NCBI GenBank assembly: GCA_965198175.1
Contig: OZ240245.1
Location: 2,365,382 to 2,429,381, forward strand
Length of the DNA stretch: 64,000 nucleotides
DNA from: Candidatus Poribacteria bacterium
GTDB taxonomy: Bacteria; Poribacteria; WGA-4E; PCPOR2b
Direction of reading: 5' to 3'
Numbering within the stretch: position 1 is the first letter of the stretch; each line of letters starts with the position of its first letter. A program made the position numbers and the translations under genes. The notes beneath the pieces are model-generated. The model searched no databases, was not told where the DNA came from, and saw only the letters and a list, made by a program, of their open reading frames with translations. Below are positions 61,527-64,000 of this stretch, piece after piece.

Positions 61527-63794
61527 ATGGAAACACTTAGTGGCATTCTAGAACGCATCGTTTTTGAAAATACCGAAACAGGATACACGATTGCAAGACT
61601 TTCTTCGCGTGAGTATCCGGGTGAATTGATCACGGTCGTGGGGAATGTTGCGTCTGCCAACGCGGGAGAAAGCCTTCTACTCAAGGGGTGGTGGGGCAAC
61701 AATCCGAAATACGGCAGACAGTTTCAGATTGACTCGTATGAAACAGCATTGCCTGCGACGATTGTGGGATTGAGGAAATATCTGGGCTCCGGGCTCATCA
61801 AAGGCATTGGACCCGTGATGGCAACACGGATTGTGACCCATTTTGGCATGGACGCCATGGAGGTCATTGAGAAATCGCCTGAAAAGCTAAAGTCGGTTCC
61901 CGGAATAGGTAAAAAACGCGTAGATATGATTGTGCGCGCGTGGGAGGCACAGCGTGAAATCAAAAATGTGATGCTCTTTTTGCAATCCCACAACGTGAGT
62001 ACAACTCACGCTGCCAAGATTTACAAGACCTACGAGAATGAAGCCATTCCAATTGTCCGTGAAAACCCTTATCGTCTTGCCGATGACATCTACGGGATTG
62101 GATTCAAAACAGCGGACACAGTCGCTCAGAAACTCGGCGTAGATACTGAATCCCCCAATCGTGTCAAGGCGGGAATCAAATATGTCCTGAGCGAAAAAGC
62201 TGACGATGGTCATGTCTTCCTGTATCACGATGAATTAATCTCTGCGTGTCAGGACATTCTCAACCTCTCATCTGATGCCATTGAGAGTGCTATCATAGAG
62301 CTCACCGAGAAAAAGGAACTCATTACAGAAAATATCATGCCGTTCGATTCCATACAATGCCAAAAAAGCGTCTATCTCGCACCCTTTTACTATGCCGAAA
62401 TCGGCGTCGCCAAACGGCTAGTCAGGTTACTCAATGGGGATTTCCCTCAGCCGAATCTCGATTCTCCCGGTTCCGTTGATTGTTCCATAAATCAGATTGA
62501 GAAAAGTATGGGCATGTGTTTCGCTGAAAATCAGCGGGAAGCCATCAGAACAGCGTTAACGAGTCGCGTCACTATCTTGACGGGTGGACCAGGCACCGGA
62601 AAAACAACGACCACGATTGGCATGCTTCGTCTGTTCGAGGCACTTGGGATGCAAGTTGTGTTAGCCGCCCCGACAGGACGTGCAGCCAAACGCCTGAGTG
62701 AAACAACCGGACGTGAAGCAAAAACCATCCACCGCTTGCTGGAGTTCTCTCCGCAAGAAAATAGATTCAAACACGATTGGAATAATCCGCTGGAGGCAGA
62801 TGTAGTGATTATTGATGAGATGTCAATGGTCGATCTTGTGTTGATGAATAGTCTCATGAAAGCAGTACCACCGCTCGCAACCTTGATTATTATCGGTGAT
62901 GCTGATCAACTACCATCAGTGGGTGCGGGAAGTGTCCTGAAAGATCTCATCGCCTCTGGACAGATTACCACCGTGAGGCTGACAAAGATTTTCCGTCAAG
63001 CACAACAGAGCATGATTGTCATGAATGCGCATCGTATCAATCGGGGTGAATTTCCTCAAGTTGCCGGTCCAACGGACCGCAATTTCTTCTTCATTGAGGA
63101 AGAAGATCCAGAGACTGCGGTTGAACTCATCTGCGACCTTGTACACCGGCGATTACCCCAACACTACGACTATCACCCGATGGACGACATTCAGGTGTTA
63201 TGCCCGATGCGGCGTGGCGTCATTGGATCTGAAAACTTCAACAAGCAGTTGCAGGAGAAACTCAACGGAAATCCTGAGGAGGTCATTCGAGGCGGTCGAT
63301 CTTTCCGCATCGGGGACAAAGTGATGCAGGTTCGCAACAATTACGATTACGAAGTTTTCAATGGGGATATTGGGCGAATCACGGATGTAGATACCGTTGA
63401 GAGGTTGGTTACAATCACATTTGCTGAAAAGGTCGTCGCTTACGATATGGCAGATTTAAACGAACTAGTGCTGGCGTATGGCATAACAGTCCACAAGTCA
63501 CAGGGCAGCGAGTATCCCGCAATCGTCATCCCGCTCATGGCACAGCACTACATGATGCTGCAGCGCAATCTACTTTACACTGCTATCACACGGGCTAAGG
63601 AACTCGTTTTGGTTGTTGGGACGAAAAAAGCGCTCGGCATAGCGATTCGCAATAACAAAGTATCTGAACGAAATACGTATCTCGCTGAAAGACTTCAAGC
63701 ATTGCCCCACCAGGAATCGGATATCCCTGTGAGTTATCTAGAAGAAAACGGCTGGCTCCTTCCGAATTTGCATACCCCATTCAATTCACAGTAA
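61527..63794 (+). CDS. recD2: RecD2-type ATP-dependent SF1 DNA helicase
   Basis: HhH N-terminal region. Walker A GGPGTGKTT. Helicase motifs (VIIDE, GD..QLPSVG, VHKSQGSE). 755 aa. Confidence 0.85.
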   Translation: METLSGILERIVFENTETGYTIARLSSREYPGELITVVGNVASANAGESLLLKGWWGNNPKYGRQFQIDSYETALPATIVGLRKYLGSGLIKGIGPVMATRIVTHFGMDAMEVIEKSPEKLKSVPGIGKKRVDMIVRAWEAQREIKNVMLFLQSHNVSTTHAAKIYKTYENEAIPIVRENPYRLADDIYGIGFKTADTVAQKLGVDTESPNRVKAGIKYVLSEKADDGHVFLYHDELISACQDILNLSSDAIESAIIELTEKKELITENIMPFDSIQCQKSVYLAPFYYAEIGVAKRLVRLLNGDFPQPNLDSPGSVDCSINQIEKSMGMCFAENQREAIRTALTSRVTILTGGPGTGKTTTTIGMLRLFEALGMQVVLAAPTGRAAKRLSETTGREAKTIHRLLEFSPQENRFKHDWNNPLEADVVIIDEMSMVDLVLMNSLMKAVPPLATLIIIGDADQLPSVGAGSVLKDLIASGQITTVRLTKIFRQAQQSMIVMNAHRINRGEFPQVAGPTDRNFFFIEEEDPETAVELICDLVHRRLPQHYDYHPMDDIQVLCPMRRGVIGSENFNKQLQEKLNGNPEEVIRGGRSFRIGDKVMQVRNNYDYEVFNGDIGRITDVDTVERLVTITFAEKVVAYDMADLNELVLAYGITVHKSQGSEYPAIVIPLMAQHYMMLQRNLLYTAITRAKELVLVVGTKKALGIAIRNNKVSERNTYLAERLQALPHQESDIPVSYLEENGWLLPNLHTPFNSQ

Positions 63795-64000
63795 TCCCTG
63801 TCAATATTCCTGTTGTGTCAAGTCTTTTCGCTGCTAAGGTGGTCGTGAGATTGGTGTTTGGAATTACAAGACTCTATTGACAGTTGAAGCCTTCGAAAGG
63901 CTTGTAACCGTTCGGTTTCAAATCTATAATTTGGAGAATTGCATGAACTACAACAACCTATATTTACAAATTGACCGTCAGATGGTTGGTGACATCTACA

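Noticed and set aside
1-64000. tRNA, rRNA or CRISPR arrays
   Set aside because: No T-arm-like GGTTCGANTCC motifs in intergenic regions and no short regularly spaced direct repeats. The only tandem repeats are coding (18488..18692) or gene-scale duplications.

Overview
This looks like a bacterial chromosomal window (no rRNA, tRNA or CRISPR found by eye), with about 50 supportable protein-coding genes on both strands. Recognisable housekeeping genes: glutamine-dependent NAD+ synthetase (nadE); a pyrK-pyrD-pyrB pyrimidine cluster in which PyrB carries a fused PyrI-type zinc domain; a tandem-domain PurS; phosphoglucosamine mutase with a YvcK-family gene; trpS-scpA-scpB; two threonine-synthase homologs; an IlvD/EDD-family dehydratase; a RecD2-type helicase; a CCA/poly(A) nucleotidyltransferase; an M50 protease; a TPP enzyme; a K+ channel; an ABC ATPase; an MFS transporter; pyrimidine-adjacent flippase. 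The rest looks accessory. There is an IS4/IS701-like DDE transposase, and immediately downstream of it a block containing six tandem secreted LamG-type lectin-fold paralogs, two PhyH-family dioxygenases and an S9 peptidase broken by an in-frame TAG and frameshifts. A gene for a 545-aa protein is tandemly duplicated together with its ~200-nt leader, and the first copy alone carries a ~178-bp MITE-like insertion flanked by a TA duplication. Two HEAT-repeat exported proteins share a duplicated C-terminal region. A glycosyltransferase gene is interrupted by an in-frame TGA. There are two c-type cytochromes: a small di-heme protein and a membrane-anchored tri-heme protein with transmembrane histidines. 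A 14-bp terminator hairpin followed by a T-run sits 23 nt upstream of the second thrC-like start codon, after 1.3 kb of noncoding DNA. All functional assignments rest on motifs read from the translations; no database searches were possible.
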